The notes: a model not told the origin generated them from the sequence alone. DNA of 64,000 bases from an uncultured bacterium (GCA_965662235.1 CBFIGY010000006.1:32001-96000), one strand, 5' to 3'; positions 28,848 to 40,206 are shown, counted from the first letter of the stretch. Numbers and translations are program-made.

Positions 28848-31106
28848 ATGTTACTAACTGAAACTCCTCTTCCCTCCGCTGAAGAGGCTGAAGCTGACCA
28901 GGCCTGTGAACTCCGGGTTGGGGGCCTCCGTTGTGTGGGCTGTGTCAGTGCCGTTGAGAAGGCGCTTCAGGCGCTTCCTGGCGTGGAAGACGTTCAGGTG
29001 AACCTTACCCTAGGACGAGCCAAGGTCCATTACGCTCCCGAGTCGGTCGGCCCCAACGGTCTGGTGGACGCCATCCGGAACGCGGGCTACGAAGCGGAAC
29101 GCCTCACCGACGAGGCTCCGGAGGAAGACCCCGTCGACCTGGGTGAGCAGGAATACCACGCGCTCCGGAACAACACGCTCCTGGCCCTGAGCTTTGCGGT
29201 ACCAGTGGTGCTGCTGGCAATGCTCCCGATGGTCGGGGTCTCGTTTCCGGAGATGCTGTCTCCACAAGCCAATCCACAAACGTGGGGGGGACTGCAGCTG
29301 CTGCTGACGCTTCCGGTGCTGTGGGCCGGACGCTCCTTCTTCACCCGTGGGTGGCAATCGCTGCGTCACCGGGCACCGACCATGGACGCTCTGGTCATGA
29401 TCGGTTCAGGAGCTGCGGTTGCCCTCAGCACCTGGAACCTTTTGGTGGCTCCTGCAGAAGACCGCTTTTTTTATGAAACGGCTGCAGTGATCCTGGCGCT
29501 GATCCTGTTGGGCAAGATGCTGGAAACCCGAAGCCGCGCCCGTGCCTCTGAAGCAATCAGCGCACTGCTGCGCCTTCGTCCCAAGATGGCCACCCAGGTC
29601 CACAACGGGGAAGAATTCGCCATTGCCATCGACCAAGTGCACCCCGGAGATCTACTCAAGGTCCGGCCGGGCGAAATCATTCCGGCAGATGGGGTTGTGG
29701 TGGAAGGCGAGAGCCGTGTGGATGAGTCAATGCTCACCGGAGAGCCACTTCCAGTGCTGAAAGCTCCAGACAGTCCAGTCACCGGAGGCACCATCAACGA
29801 GCAGGGAGCCTTGACCTTTCGGGTCCTGCGTTCTGGAAGCCAAAGCACCCTGGCCCGGATCATCAAGATGGTGGAACAGGCGCAGCTCAGCAAGGCTCCC
29901 ATTGCGCGATTGGCCGACCAGGTCGCTGCTATTTTTGTTCCGGTGGTCCTGGTGATTGCTGCGCTGACGGCGCTTGTCTGGTGGAGCGTGGGCGCCTCGC
30001 AGGCAGAAATTCTCATCCACACCATTGCGGTGCTGGTCATTGCCTGTCCCTGTGCCCTAGGTCTGGCCACGCCCATCGCCATCCTGGTTTCTTCTGGCGT
30101 GGGCGCTCGTCATGGGATCCTCTTCCGGAATGCGCCGGCGCTGGAAGCCCTACACGCAGTGGACACCATTCTCTGTGACAAAACCGGCACCCTGACCGAA
30201 GGACGCCTGCAGCTGGTGGAAGCCACCCCAACACCCGGATTGCGAGGCGTGGAGCTGCTCAGGTGGGCGGCGGCTGTTGAGCAAAATTCGGAACACCCGT
30301 TGGGACGAGCCATTGTCAATGCTGCAAAGGGCCGGGGCCTTCCTTTGCCCCCGGTCACTGGATTTGAGGCTATCCGGGGGCACGGGGTCACCGCTCAGTT
30401 GGAGGGGGTGACGATCCAGATCGGGCATGCGGACTTCCTCCGGACCCTTGGCATCACCCCTCCGCCTCAGAGCCAGAATAAAATCGTTCCAGGGGCCATT
30501 CCGCTGGAGCTGGCCCGAGACGGTCAGTGGCAGGGAACGCTGTGGCTGGCGGATAAGATCCGTCCGGAAACGGCAGACGCGCTCGCGTCCTTCCGGGACG
30601 CCGGCATTGAAGTCGTGATGCTGACCGGAGACCGCTCTCCTGCCGTCCAAGCCGTTGCGGCTGAGCTTGGTCTGGATCACTACCACGCCGGGGTTCTGCC
30701 GGAGGAGAAGCCTCAGATTGCCCAGAAGTACCAAAGCAAAGGACGCCACGTGGCGATGATTGGCGATGGTGTCAACGACGCACCGGCGCTGGCTCAAGCC
30801 GATGTCGGAATCGCAATGGGGGCCGGCACCGATGTCGCCTTGGAAACCGCAGATGTGGTCCTCACCCAAAACGACCTTCGGCACGTTTCTGGAGCGATCC
30901 GGCTGAGCCGCACGACCCTCCGGAACATTCGGCAGAACCTGTTTTGGGCATTTGCCTACAACGTGGTTGGCATTCCGGTGGCTGCCGGCCTGCTCATTCC
31001 TTTTGGGGGGCCGGGACTGCACCCGATGTTTGCGGCCACCGCCATGGCGTTGAGCTCGGTCTCTGTCGTCCTCAACGCCCTTCGTCTCCGGACCTTCCGG
31101 CTGTAG
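28848..31106 (+). CDS. copA: Cu(I)-translocating P1B-1 ATPase
   Basis: N-terminal metal-binding domain CVGC, TGE, CPC, DKTGT, SEHP, GDGVND, YN and MALSS; start may be 28815. Confidence 0.95.
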   Translation: MLLTETPLPSAEEAEADQACELRVGGLRCVGCVSAVEKALQALPGVEDVQVNLTLGRAKVHYAPESVGPNGLVDAIRNAGYEAERLTDEAPEEDPVDLGEQEYHALRNNTLLALSFAVPVVLLAMLPMVGVSFPEMLSPQANPQTWGGLQLLLTLPVLWAGRSFFTRGWQSLRHRAPTMDALVMIGSGAAVALSTWNLLVAPAEDRFFYETAAVILALILLGKMLETRSRARASEAISALLRLRPKMATQVHNGEEFAIAIDQVHPGDLLKVRPGEIIPADGVVVEGESRVDESMLTGEPLPVLKAPDSPVTGGTINEQGALTFRVLRSGSQSTLARIIKMVEQAQLSKAPIARLADQVAAIFVPVVLVIAALTALVWWSVGASQAEILIHTIAVLVIACPCALGLATPIAILVSSGVGARHGILFRNAPALEALHAVDTILCDKTGTLTEGRLQLVEATPTPGLRGVELLRWAAAVEQNSEHPLGRAIVNAAKGRGLPLPPVTGFEAIRGHGVTAQLEGVTIQIGHADFLRTLGITPPPQSQNKIVPGAIPLELARDGQWQGTLWLADKIRPETADALASFRDAGIEVVMLTGDRSPAVQAVAAELGLDHYHAGVLPEEKPQIAQKYQSKGRHVAMIGDGVNDAPALAQADVGIAMGAGTDVALETADVVLTQNDLRHVSGAIRLSRTTLRNIRQNLFWAFAYNVVGIPVAAGLLIPFGGPGLHPMFAATAMALSSVSVVLNALRLRTFRL

Positions 31107-31124
31107 GCCTTTTCGTCTCCCTGC

Positions 31125-31166
31125 CTCCGGAGGCCGATCGGTGCTTCCGGAGCCCCCCCTTTTTTT
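31125..31166 (+). terminator. Candidate intrinsic terminator after copA
   Basis: CTCCGGAGGC/GCTTCCGGAG stem followed by a C-run and a T7 tract. Confidence 0.5.
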
Positions 31167-31319
31167 CAAGTTTCCGCTTTCGGCTTGGTTCCCTCCGCCT
31201 CTGCCTCAGAGTCGGTTCCTGTTGTTCCCGGGTTGCGATTTTTTCCATGGAGTCCAATACTGGGAACTTCGTCAATTGGACAACCTCATTTTTAACCAAG
31301 CCGATGAGAGTGATTTTTT

Positions 31320-31862
31320 ATGGAGTACGTTCCCGGAGAACAATGGTACGTCGCCCGAATTCGGTCCAATGCGGAAAAGCTCGTGCTGCTGGGGTTGCAG
31401 CGGAAGCAGTTTGAGGTCCTCAATCCCACCTATCAGGTCCTGAGCAAGCGCCGGGATCGCAAGAAGATCCTGCTCCGCCCCATTTTTGTGGGGTACCTGT
31501 TCCTGCATGTAGAGCTGAATCCGGAACGGCACCTAGAGATCCTGAAAACCCAGGGCCTCATTGACCTGTTGCAGACCAGTCATGGCCCAACTCCGGTGCC
31601 GCCGGAGCAGATCGAAAACGTCCGTCTGCTGGAGCATCATGTGGGAGAACTCTTCCACACGCCTGCTTTTGAGGTCGGCGAAGAGGTCGTCGTCATCGAA
31701 GGGCCGCTCACCGGGCTACGCGGGATTGTCGACGAAGCAGACCGCCGCTTCCTGAGCATTCAGGTGGATTCGATTCCCGGGGCCATCAAGATCCAGGTCG
31801 ACCCAGCTCACGTTAAGCCGGTCAAACGGACCATCTATGAAACCGTTGCTGAGCGCTCATGA
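31320..31862 (+). CDS. NusG paralog (UpxY/RfaH-like transcription antiterminator)
   Basis: NGN domain (WYVARIRSNAEK...RPIFVGYLF) plus KOW (GEEVVVIEGPLTGLRGIV); not in a secE-rplK context. Confidence 0.85.
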   Translation: MEYVPGEQWYVARIRSNAEKLVLLGLQRKQFEVLNPTYQVLSKRRDRKKILLRPIFVGYLFLHVELNPERHLEILKTQGLIDLLQTSHGPTPVPPEQIENVRLLEHHVGELFHTPAFEVGEEVVVIEGPLTGLRGIVDEADRRFLSIQVDSIPGAIKIQVDPAHVKPVKRTIYETVAERS

Positions 31863-32962
31863 CGCATCCGGTTCAGGAATTTTGTGCGCGGTTGGACCTG
31901 CGGGTTCCGCTGGTGCAGGCACCGATGGCCGGAGTTTCCACTCCGGAACTTGCCGCCGCCGTTTGTGAAGCCGGAGGCCTGGGATCTCTGGCGATAGGGG
32001 CGCTGTCTGCCTCTGCGGCCCGGCAGGCGATTGCTGACGTCCGGGAACGCACCCAGCGTCCCTTCAACGTCAACGTTTTTGCCCACCAACCGGAGCCCCG
32101 GCAACCGGAGCGGGAGCAGCAGTGGCTTGATTTCCTGAGACCGTACTTTGAGGCCTTTGGGGCTCCTGTTCCAGAGCAGCTGATGACCCCTTACTTGAGC
32201 CTGGAGGAAGACCAGGAGAAGCAGAAGGTGCTGCTGGAGACGCGTCCGTCGGTGGTGAGTTTTCACTTTGGGCTCCCGGATGCGGGCTTTCTGCAGGCAC
32301 TGCAGCAGGGCGGATCCCAGACGCTGGCCTGCGTCACCACGGTCGCCGAAGCGCAGCAAGCCGAAGCCTTGGGCATTGACCTCTTGGTGGCACAAGGGGT
32401 GGAAGCTGGGGGGCACCGAGGCAACTTTCACCCGCAGCAGGATGAGCAACTGAGCACCCTCGCGCTGGTGCCTCAGGTGGTGGACGCGGTCCGGATCCCG
32501 GTGCTTGCGGCAGGAGGCATTGGGGACGGCAGAGGGTTTGCGGCAGCGTTGCTTCTGGGAGCGGCCGGAGTTCAGGTGGGAACGGCCTTCATCGGCTGCC
32601 CGGAGTCTTCTGCCAGTGCGGCACATCGAGAAGCGTTGCGTTCGGCAGCCGCTCAGCAGACGGCGTTGACCCGAGCGTTTTCCGGGCGTCCGGCCCGTGG
32701 AATCGTCAATCGCTTGGTCCGGGAAGCTGCAGTGGGGCCACCTCCTCCTGGGTACCCGGAAGCCTACTTTGCCGGAAAGGCCTTGGCCGCCGCCGCGACT
32801 CAGGCAGGTCACCATGAATTTTCCGCCTTCTGGGCCGGACAGGCGGCGCCGCTGAGCGCTTCCGGACAAACGGCTGCGGCAGTGGTGGCCCGCTTTCAGC
32901 ACGAAGCTCAGGCTGTACTGCAAGGCGCCTCTTCCCTCCTGAGCTTTCCGGAGCCCTCGTGA
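31859..32962 (+). CDS. Nitronate monooxygenase family flavoprotein
   Basis: VQAPMAG, VVSFHFG, QGVEAGGHRG, AAGGI and LTRAFSGRPARG. Confidence 0.93.
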   Translation: MTHPVQEFCARLDLRVPLVQAPMAGVSTPELAAAVCEAGGLGSLAIGALSASAARQAIADVRERTQRPFNVNVFAHQPEPRQPEREQQWLDFLRPYFEAFGAPVPEQLMTPYLSLEEDQEKQKVLLETRPSVVSFHFGLPDAGFLQALQQGGSQTLACVTTVAEAQQAEALGIDLLVAQGVEAGGHRGNFHPQQDEQLSTLALVPQVVDAVRIPVLAAGGIGDGRGFAAALLLGAAGVQVGTAFIGCPESSASAAHREALRSAAAQQTALTRAFSGRPARGIVNRLVREAAVGPPPPGYPEAYFAGKALAAAATQAGHHEFSAFWAGQAAPLSASGQTAAAVVARFQHEAQAVLQGASSLLSFPEPS

Positions 32963-34245
32963 CGCTGGACCTGATCATCCGGAATGCGACCCTCCCAGAT
33001 GGACGCACGGGCATCGACTTGGGCATTCAAGGCGAAACGCTGGTTGCGGTGGAGCCCCAGCTTTCGGCAACAGCGCCAGAAGAGTTTGATGCGTCCGGAC
33101 GGCTGGTCAGCCCGCCATTTGTTGATGCCCACTTCCACATGGACGCCACACTGTCGCTGGGGCAGCCGCGGCTCAATCAGTCGGGCACCCTCCTCGAAGG
33201 AATTGCGCTTTGGGGGGAGCTGAAGCCGCACCTGACGGTGGAAGCCATCAAGCAGCGCGCACTGCAGTACTGCGAACTGGCCATTGCCCGTGGACTGCTG
33301 GCCATCCGGAGCCATGTGGACGTCTGTGACCCGCGCTTGCTGGCGGTGGACGCTCTTTTGGAGGTGAAGCAGGAGATGGCACCGTTTCTGGACCTGCAGC
33401 TCGTCGCCTTTCCGCAGGACGGCTACCTTCGGGACCCTCAGGCCGCGGCGCTTCTCAACGCGGCTCTTGACCGTGGCGTTGAGGTGGTGGGAGGCATTCC
33501 GCACTTTGAACGAACGGAGGAGGAAGGACGGGCGTCTGTGGAGCAGCTCTGTCGCTTGGCTGCGGAGCGTGGCCTTCGGGTGGACATGCACTGCGACGAA
33601 AGCGACGATCCCCTTTCTCGGCATGTGGAGACGCTGACCCGGGAGACGCTTCGGTATGGGCTTCAGGGACGCGTTACCGGATCGCACCTGACGTCGATGC
33701 ACTCCATGGACAACTACTACGTCAGCAAGCTCCTGCCGTTGATGGCAGAGGCCGACCTACAGGTGGTGGCGAATCCGCTCATCAACATCACGCTGCAGGG
33801 CCGGCACGATGCCTACCCCAAGCGTCGAGGGATGACCCGGGTTCCGGAGCAAATGGCCCACGGACTCACTGTTTCCTTTGGACATGACTGCGTCATGGAT
33901 CCCTGGTATGCGCTGGGATCCGCGGACCTGCTGGAGGTCGCCAGTATGGGACTGCACGTGGCACAGATGACCGGTGTGGACGCCATGCACGCGTGCTTTG
34001 AGGCGGTGACGGTCAACCCCGCCCGGACGCTGGGCCTCGAGGGCTACGGGCTTGAGCCCGGATGCCAGGCCAGTCTGGTGGTTCTGCAGGCACAGGATCC
34101 GCTGGAGGCTTTGCGGCTGAAGGCACATCGCCTGCTCGTGGTTCGTCGGGGACGAATCCTCGCCCGCTCGCAACCGCTGCAAACAGAAGTCTACCTCCCT
34201 GGCGCAACGCGGGTGATCGATTTTCAGCAGCGTCCTGTAACTTGA
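32959..34245 (+). CDS. codA: Cytosine deaminase-like amidohydrolase
   Basis: DAHFHMD, AFPQDG, GGIPHFE, MHCDE, GSHLTSM and GHDCVMDPWY. Confidence 0.88.
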   Translation: MTLDLIIRNATLPDGRTGIDLGIQGETLVAVEPQLSATAPEEFDASGRLVSPPFVDAHFHMDATLSLGQPRLNQSGTLLEGIALWGELKPHLTVEAIKQRALQYCELAIARGLLAIRSHVDVCDPRLLAVDALLEVKQEMAPFLDLQLVAFPQDGYLRDPQAAALLNAALDRGVEVVGGIPHFERTEEEGRASVEQLCRLAAERGLRVDMHCDESDDPLSRHVETLTRETLRYGLQGRVTGSHLTSMHSMDNYYVSKLLPLMAEADLQVVANPLINITLQGRHDAYPKRRGMTRVPEQMAHGLTVSFGHDCVMDPWYALGSADLLEVASMGLHVAQMTGVDAMHACFEAVTVNPARTLGLEGYGLEPGCQASLVVLQAQDPLEALRLKAHRLLVVRRGRILARSQPLQTEVYLPGATRVIDFQQRPVT

Positions 34246-34334
34246 AACTCTTCCGGATTTCAGGATACTGAGCACCTTACCGCGCCGCCCCTCGACCGTT
34301 CTTCCGGACACTCACCTCTCTCAGGAGCCTTTCG

Positions 34335-34724
34335 ATGCGATACGCCTGGATGATCCTTTTTGTGGTCTTTCTCTTCTTTGCTGCAGACTTTGCGACCAAA
34401 AATGCGGATCCGGTCACTGTAAAGTATCACCTCGAGTGGCTAGGCATCCGATGGAGCAGTGAGGGCCCGCTCTTTGTGCCCATCTTCCTGACGCTGGGGT
34501 GGGGAATTCTCTTCAGTGTCGCCTACTTCTTCTCGTACCACCTGCACCTCCGTCGACAGGCTCACCGGAACCTGCAGGAGGTCAAGCGCCTGAAACGGCT
34601 GGTCTTGGTGGAGCGGGAGAAAACCAAGGGGCTGGAGCAGCGTAACACGGAACTGCAGCAGATTGCCGAACGCGTTCAGCTGCAGCTGGAAGGCAACACC
34701 TCTTTGCCGGCGACGCCGTCTTAA
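34335..34724 (+). CDS. LapA-like membrane protein with C-terminal coiled coil
   Basis: Transmembrane helix, FATKN..PVTV, second transmembrane helix, then a coiled coil. Confidence 0.6.
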   Translation: MRYAWMILFVVFLFFAADFATKNADPVTVKYHLEWLGIRWSSEGPLFVPIFLTLGWGILFSVAYFFSYHLHLRRQAHRNLQEVKRLKRLVLVEREKTKGLEQRNTELQQIAERVQLQLEGNTSLPATPS

Positions 34725-34838
34725 GCAACCTAGGGGGAAAGCCCCGGGCCCGGAGTGCTGGCCGCCAGAAAAACGTGGGTTGGGAGCAATGAAACCACCG
34801 CGGAGCCTCTTGTGACTCCACGGCAGCGGCCGGAAGGC

Positions 34839-35594
34839 TTAGAGGTGCTTCTCAAGGAAAGCGGTGGTGCGGCCCCAAGCCTGCTTGGCCGATTCTTCCC
34901 GATACGCGCGGGTGTTGTCCTTATTGGCGAAGGCGTGTCCGGCGTTTTCGTAGATGAAGATTTCGTGGTCACCTCCCTGCGTCTTCAGCGTCGCCTGGAA
35001 GGCCCGGACGTCATCCACCTTGATGGAGCGGTCTTCGGCGCCAAAGTGCCCCATGATGCTCGCGCGCATCATAGCCAAGTCATCCGCAGGATTGAACTGC
35101 CCGTAGTACATCACGGACGCCCGGACGCCTAGGTCGTTCTTGGCCATCTGATAGGCCCATCCTCCCCCAAAGCACCAACCCACTGCAGCGAGGCGATTGG
35201 GATCCACTTCCGGGTGAGACTTGAGGAAGTCCACCGCACTCCGGAGGTTGGTGAAGGCGCCATCTAGGTTCCCCCGCACTGAGCCTGCCAGCCGTCGTGC
35301 ATCCTGCGGGTCGGTCGCCGATTCGCCGTTGTACATGTCCACGGCCAGCGCCACGTATCCGAGGTCGGCAAACTCTTGGGCGAAGTCCCGGATGTTGTCG
35401 TTCAGGCCCCACCACTCATGGATCAGGATCAAAGCCGGTTTCTTGCCGGGTTGATCGGGAACCACGAGGGTGCCTTGGGAGTTCGGTTGTGTGGCGTCAT
35501 AGGAGACGGTGGATACCTGGTTGTCTGCGAGCGCTAGGCCGGAACCAAGGAAGAGGGCCAAGCTGGCCAGAAGGGTTCGTTTGAGTGCAAACAT
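34839..35594 (-). CDS. Dienelactone hydrolase family protein, exported
   Basis: Signal peptide, IHEWWGLN, GWCFGG and AGHAF. Confidence 0.93.
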   Translation of the reverse strand: MFALKRTLLASLALFLGSGLALADNQVSTVSYDATQPNSQGTLVVPDQPGKKPALILIHEWWGLNDNIRDFAQEFADLGYVALAVDMYNGESATDPQDARRLAGSVRGNLDGAFTNLRSAVDFLKSHPEVDPNRLAAVGWCFGGGWAYQMAKNDLGVRASVMYYGQFNPADDLAMMRASIMGHFGAEDRSIKVDDVRAFQATLKTQGGDHEIFIYENAGHAFANKDNTRAYREESAKQAWGRTTAFLEKHL

Positions 35595-35848
35595 GCGGGA
35601 CTCCTCATAGAAGGGATTGAGTTGTAAAAGGGTACCTTTCCGTTATCGCAAATTCCTGAACGTCGTCAACTGCGGAATCGAAACGAAATGTGACAGAACC
35701 GGCAGGCCCCGTCCGGCTTCTTGCGCTTCCCGGGCATCTCGGGCATGATTGCTGGCAGGTTTACTGCCCCCCTTTCCCTAGGGACGCCGCTTGGTTCCGC
35801 CCGGCCTCCCAGGTCCCGACTTTCAACATAAATGAGGAACGAGCAGCC

Positions 35849-36562
35849 ATGAAGATTGGAATCTTGCAGTGTGATGAAACCCGAGAGGAACTGCGCCCCC
35901 TACACGGCAACTATCCGGACATGTTCTTTCGGTTGCTCCGTCCCCTCCGAGAGGGCCTGCAGTTTGAGGTCTACCGTGTTCAGGATCAGGAGTACCCGCA
36001 GACCCCTGACGAGTGTGACGGTTACATCATCACCGGAAGCAAGCGCAGCGTCTATGAAGAGGAGCCCTGGATTCAGCAGCTGGAAGAACAGGTCCGGCAC
36101 CTCTACGAGCAGAAGGCGCCCCTGCTGGGCATCTGCTTCGGACACCAGATGGTGGCTCAGGCGCTAGGCGGAAAGACTGAAAAGGCCTCGCAGGGATGGG
36201 GCGTGGGGGTTCAGACCTATCAGGTCAATGTGCGGGACTCGTGGATGACGCCGGAGCTGGAAACGTTCTCCATTGTCGCGAGCCACCAGGATCAGGTGAC
36301 GCAACTGCCGCCGGATGCTGAACTCATGGGCGCCAACGCATTTTGTCCAAACGCTATGTTCCGGATGGGCAAGCAGGTGCTGGCGTTTCAAGGACATCCG
36401 GAGTTTGAGAAGGGGTACTCGCTGGACCTGATGAAGCTCCGGGAGGACCTGCTGGGGCCTCAAGTGTTTGCCGAAGGCGTGGCATCTTTGGAAAAGCCGG
36501 TGCAGTCCTGGGAGGTGGGAAACTGGATGCTGAATTTCCTTCAGGAGGCATCCGGGCGCTGA
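35849..36562 (+). CDS. Class I glutamine amidotransferase (GMP synthase-like, standalone)
   Basis: IITGS, GICFGHQ, SHQDQV and QGHPE. Confidence 0.92.
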   Translation: MKIGILQCDETREELRPLHGNYPDMFFRLLRPLREGLQFEVYRVQDQEYPQTPDECDGYIITGSKRSVYEEEPWIQQLEEQVRHLYEQKAPLLGICFGHQMVAQALGGKTEKASQGWGVGVQTYQVNVRDSWMTPELETFSIVASHQDQVTQLPPDAELMGANAFCPNAMFRMGKQVLAFQGHPEFEKGYSLDLMKLREDLLGPQVFAEGVASLEKPVQSWEVGNWMLNFLQEASGR

Positions 36563-37326
36563 GCCGGCGCCGGTTCGGTTCGGGTCTTGATCCACAGGTC
36601 GGCGTACTTGACAAAAGTGGAGTGAGACGACAGGGCGGCCAGCAGAAACCCTTGGCGCCCATCTAGGAATCCCGCCTTGACCAGGTACATCTTCACAAAG
36701 CACCCGAAGGCGTGCAGCAGAGCGGTTCGCAGAGTGGTGCTGCGGTTTTGCTGCCGACGGGCCTCGCTCCAGTCATCGGCATAGCGGGCAGACTTTTCTA
36801 GGTAGTGCCGCAGGTCTCGGTAGGTGAAGTGGAGGAGGTCGCCCTGAAGCTTCCGGACCGGTAGGCCCTGTGGATTCTGGACCGACTCATGGACTCGGGC
36901 GTCATCGTAGCCCGCCTGTCCCTTCGGGTAGAGCCGCGCCACCCAGTCTGGATACCAGCCGGAGTGCCGGATGTAACGTCCAAAGCACCAGCTCAGCCGC
37001 GGCAGTTCAGCCACCACCGGAACATTTTCCTGAACGACCGCCTGAATGCTCGCCCGCAGTTCCGGAGTCACCCGTTCATCAGCGTCAATCATCAGGATCC
37101 ACTCCGAGGACACCAGCTGCTCCGCCCGTTGCCGCTGGGTTCCGTATCCGTCCCAATCGGTCCGCACCTCCACTCGGGCTCCCCACTGCTGAGCTAGGGA
37201 CACGGTCGCATCGTCACTCCCTGAATCCAGAACCAGCACCTCGTCCACCCAGTCCAGGGTCCGGAGGCATTCCGGCAGATTCGTGGCTTCATTTTTGGTC
37301 AAAATCACAACAGAGAGCGTGGGCAT
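36541..37326 (-). CDS. GT2 LPS core beta-1,4-glucosyltransferase (KdtX/WaaE-like)
   Basis: ILTKNE, DSGSDD, IDADER, VHE and GFLDG. Confidence 0.9.
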   Translation of the reverse strand: MPTLSVVILTKNEATNLPECLRTLDWVDEVLVLDSGSDDATVSLAQQWGARVEVRTDWDGYGTQRQRAEQLVSSEWILMIDADERVTPELRASIQAVVQENVPVVAELPRLSWCFGRYIRHSGWYPDWVARLYPKGQAGYDDARVHESVQNPQGLPVRKLQGDLLHFTYRDLRHYLEKSARYADDWSEARRQQNRSTTLRTALLHAFGCFVKMYLVKAGFLDGRQGFLLAALSSHSTFVKYADLWIKTRTEPAPAQRPDAS

Positions 37327-37488
37327 GAAAACGCTGGAAGGGGGGTGAGGTGAAGAAAAAATTGGGGACCTGTCGCCGAGGCTGAGGCCCGTTGTGGAAA
37401 AACCGAAATGTCTTGAGGCGAAGCGGTGGGGACGCTATATTTTCAAGGCTAAACAGATCCTTTTTGCTGCTTCATCATTCAACTGCGC

Positions 37489-38061
37489 ATGACTGCTTCC
37501 AGGAACACGGACCCCATTGTCATCAAGAAGTACGCCAACCGCCGCCTGTACAATGTCACGCACAGCGGCTACTTGACCATTGATGACCTGGTGGAGTTGA
37601 TTCTGGAGGGCAATGAGGTGCAGGTGTTCGACTCCAAGACGAAGGAGGACATCACGCAGAACGTCCTGACTCAGATCTTCTTGGAAAAAAACACCTTTCT
37701 GTTTTCCTCTGCATTCCTTCATCAGCTCATCCGGAACCACAACGGTGTGATGGGGGAGTTTTTTACCGAGTTTGTTCCCAAACTGCTCGACTCCTACTTG
37801 GAAACCCGGGACATCATGCGGCGTCAAATGAACGCACTGGTCTCTCCGCAGGGGTGGATGCAGGCGTCGACCATGCCGAACCTCATGAACCCCTTTGCCA
37901 GCTTCGCGGAGCACATGGACCGCCTCCGGAGCACCGCGGACCCTGAGCCATCTGCGTCCCACGAGGCTTCTTCAGAAGAAGAGGCGCCTCAGCAGGAGGT
38001 AGATGCCCTGCAGGCCCGGATCCGTGAACTGGAACGGGAAGTTGAGGAGTTGAAAGCCTAA
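37489..38061 (+). CDS. phaR: PhaR-type polyhydroxyalkanoate synthesis regulator
   Basis: [11 protein letters not shown]...YLT.....D.KTKEDIT..VLTQI DNA-binding domain. Confidence 0.82.
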   Translation: MTASRNTDPIVIKKYANRRLYNVTHSGYLTIDDLVELILEGNEVQVFDSKTKEDITQNVLTQIFLEKNTFLFSSAFLHQLIRNHNGVMGEFFTEFVPKLLDSYLETRDIMRRQMNALVSPQGWMQASTMPNLMNPFASFAEHMDRLRSTADPEPSASHEASSEEEAPQQEVDALQARIRELEREVEELKA

Positions 38062-39491
38062 TGGAATTTGAACCTGTTATTGGACTGGAAATCCACGCAC
38101 AGCTGGCCACCCAGTCGAAGATCTTCTGTAGCTGCCCGACGACCTTTGGTCAGGATCCGAACGCCAACACCTGCCCCGTCTGCCTTGGCCTGCCGGGAGC
38201 TCTGCCGGTGCTCAACCGTCAGGTGCTGGAGTTCGCCGTTAAGCTGGGACTGGCCACCAACTGTGAGATCCGCCTCGACTCGCAGTTTGCCCGGAAGAAC
38301 TACTTTTACCCAGATCTGCCCAAAGCGTATCAAATCTCACAGTATGACCGTCCCATTTGTGAGAACGGCTGGATTGAGATTGAGGTCGAGGGAGCCCCCA
38401 AGCGCATTGGCATCACCCGCATCCATCTGGAAGAAGACGCGGGGAAACTGGTCCACGACTCCGCCGGAGACTCGAGTCACATTGACCTGAACCGGGCCGG
38501 GGTGCCGCTGTTGGAAATTGTCAGTGAACCGGACCTACGCTCTCCGGAAGAGGCTAAGGCATACATGGAGAAGATCCACTCCATTGTGACCTACCTAGGC
38601 GTCTGCGAAGGCGACCTAGAGAAGGGGCACTTCCGCTGTGACGCCAACGTGTCCATCCGCCCCCGGGGGCAGGAGGCCTTTGGGGTCCGAGCCGAGATCA
38701 AGAACCTCAACTCCTTCCGCTTCATCCAGCAGGCGGTGGCTTACGAAATCGAACGGCACCGGGAAGAGGTCCTCGACGGACGGACGCTGGTGCAGGAAAC
38801 CCGACTCTGGGACTCCGAACGTCGCGTCACCTTTACCATGCGGACCAAGGAAGAGGCGGAAGATTACCGCTACTTCCCCGATCCGGACCTTCCTCTTGCT
38901 CAGGTGACGGCCGAGCAGGTGGAAGCCATCCGGGCGCAACTGCCGGAGCTGCCGGACGCCAAGCGCGATCGCTACCACCAGGAGTTTGGGCTGAGTCCTT
39001 ATGACGCAGGGGTTCTTGTGGCGAGCCAAGAGGTGGCTCACTTCTTTGAGGCCTCGGTTCAAGCAGGAGCAGACCCCAAGCTGGCCTGCAACTGGATCAT
39101 GGGAGAGTTCATCCGTGTCATGAACGAGTCCGGAGGCTCCATTCACGAGGTGGGGTTGCCTCCAGAGCACCTAGCGGAACTGACGCAGCTGCTCCAGAAG
39201 GGAGAGATCAGCAGCAAGATTGCCAAGACCGTGTTTGATGAGTCCCGGAAGACCGGGCAACGTCCCCAAGAGGTGGTGGAAGCAAAGGGGCTGCGGCAGG
39301 TTTCAGACACTGGCGCGCTGGCGGCACTGGTTGATGAGGTGCTGGCGGCAAATCCATCTCAGGTGGAACAGTACCGAGCAGGGAAGGTTCAGCTCCTCGG
39401 GTTCTTTGTCGGGCAGATGATGAAGCAAACCAAGGGGCAGGGCAACCCCCAAGTCATTAACCAACTACTCAAGGAGCGTCTCGATGGCTAG
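38061..39491 (+). CDS. gatB: Asp-tRNA(Asn)/Glu-tRNA(Gln) amidotransferase subunit B
   Basis: [32 protein letters not shown] and [10 protein letters not shown]. Confidence 0.98.
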   Translation: MEFEPVIGLEIHAQLATQSKIFCSCPTTFGQDPNANTCPVCLGLPGALPVLNRQVLEFAVKLGLATNCEIRLDSQFARKNYFYPDLPKAYQISQYDRPICENGWIEIEVEGAPKRIGITRIHLEEDAGKLVHDSAGDSSHIDLNRAGVPLLEIVSEPDLRSPEEAKAYMEKIHSIVTYLGVCEGDLEKGHFRCDANVSIRPRGQEAFGVRAEIKNLNSFRFIQQAVAYEIERHREEVLDGRTLVQETRLWDSERRVTFTMRTKEEAEDYRYFPDPDLPLAQVTAEQVEAIRAQLPELPDAKRDRYHQEFGLSPYDAGVLVASQEVAHFFEASVQAGADPKLACNWIMGEFIRVMNESGGSIHEVGLPPEHLAELTQLLQKGEISSKIAKTVFDESRKTGQRPQEVVEAKGLRQVSDTGALAALVDEVLAANPSQVEQYRAGKVQLLGFFVGQMMKQTKGQGNPQVINQLLKERLDG

Positions 39492-40200
39492 TCCAGCTTT
39501 AGAGCCTCAGTCTCCCCTCATTCCTGCTCTGGGCGCCGCTTCGCTTTTGGCGTTGGCCGGGAGCGTGTACTGGGTGTTTGGGGTGGCCCCCACAGAGATG
39601 GAACAGGGCTTTGTGCAGAAGATCATGTACCTGCATGTGCCCTCTGTGATTGTGTCATATGTCGCGTTCTTCATCGTGTTTGCCTTCAGCATCGGGTACC
39701 TGTGGAAGCGTGACCTGATGTTTGATCGGATCGCCAAGGCGTCGGCTGAGATTGGGCTGCTGTTCTGTGCAATGGTGCTCATCACCGGAGCCGTGTGGGG
39801 ACGTCCCACCTGGGGCACGTACTGGGTGTGGGATGCACGCCTGACCACAACCCTGCTGCTCTTCCTCATCTTTGTGGGCTACTTCCTGCTCCGAGCCGCG
39901 ACCCCGGAGCGTCACAAGGAGGCCCGCCTGGCTTCAGTGCTGGGCATCATCGGCTTCCTAGACATTCCCATCATCCACAAATCGGTGGAGTGGTGGCGCA
40001 CCCTGCATCAACCGTCCACCCTGTTTAAGGTGCAGGAGGGGCAGGCCAAGCCGGCAATGCCGCCAGAACTGCTCTACCCCCTGCTCACCTGCATGGGCGC
40101 CATGCTCGTCTTCTACGTCTTCCTGCTCCTGCTCCGGACCAAAACGGAGGAGCTTCACGATGAGTTGCAGGAGCAACTGGCTCTCGCCAATGAAGGGTAA
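39484..40200 (+). CDS. ccmC: Heme exporter protein CcmC
   Basis: YLHVP, WWD motif [16 protein letters not shown], and WWRTLHQ. Confidence 0.95.
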   Translation: MASPALEPQSPLIPALGAASLLALAGSVYWVFGVAPTEMEQGFVQKIMYLHVPSVIVSYVAFFIVFAFSIGYLWKRDLMFDRIAKASAEIGLLFCAMVLITGAVWGRPTWGTYWVWDARLTTTLLLFLIFVGYFLLRAATPERHKEARLASVLGIIGFLDIPIIHKSVEWWRTLHQPSTLFKVQEGQAKPAMPPELLYPLLTCMGAMLVFYVFLLLLRTKTEELHDELQEQLALANEG

Positions 40201-40206
40201 GCAACC

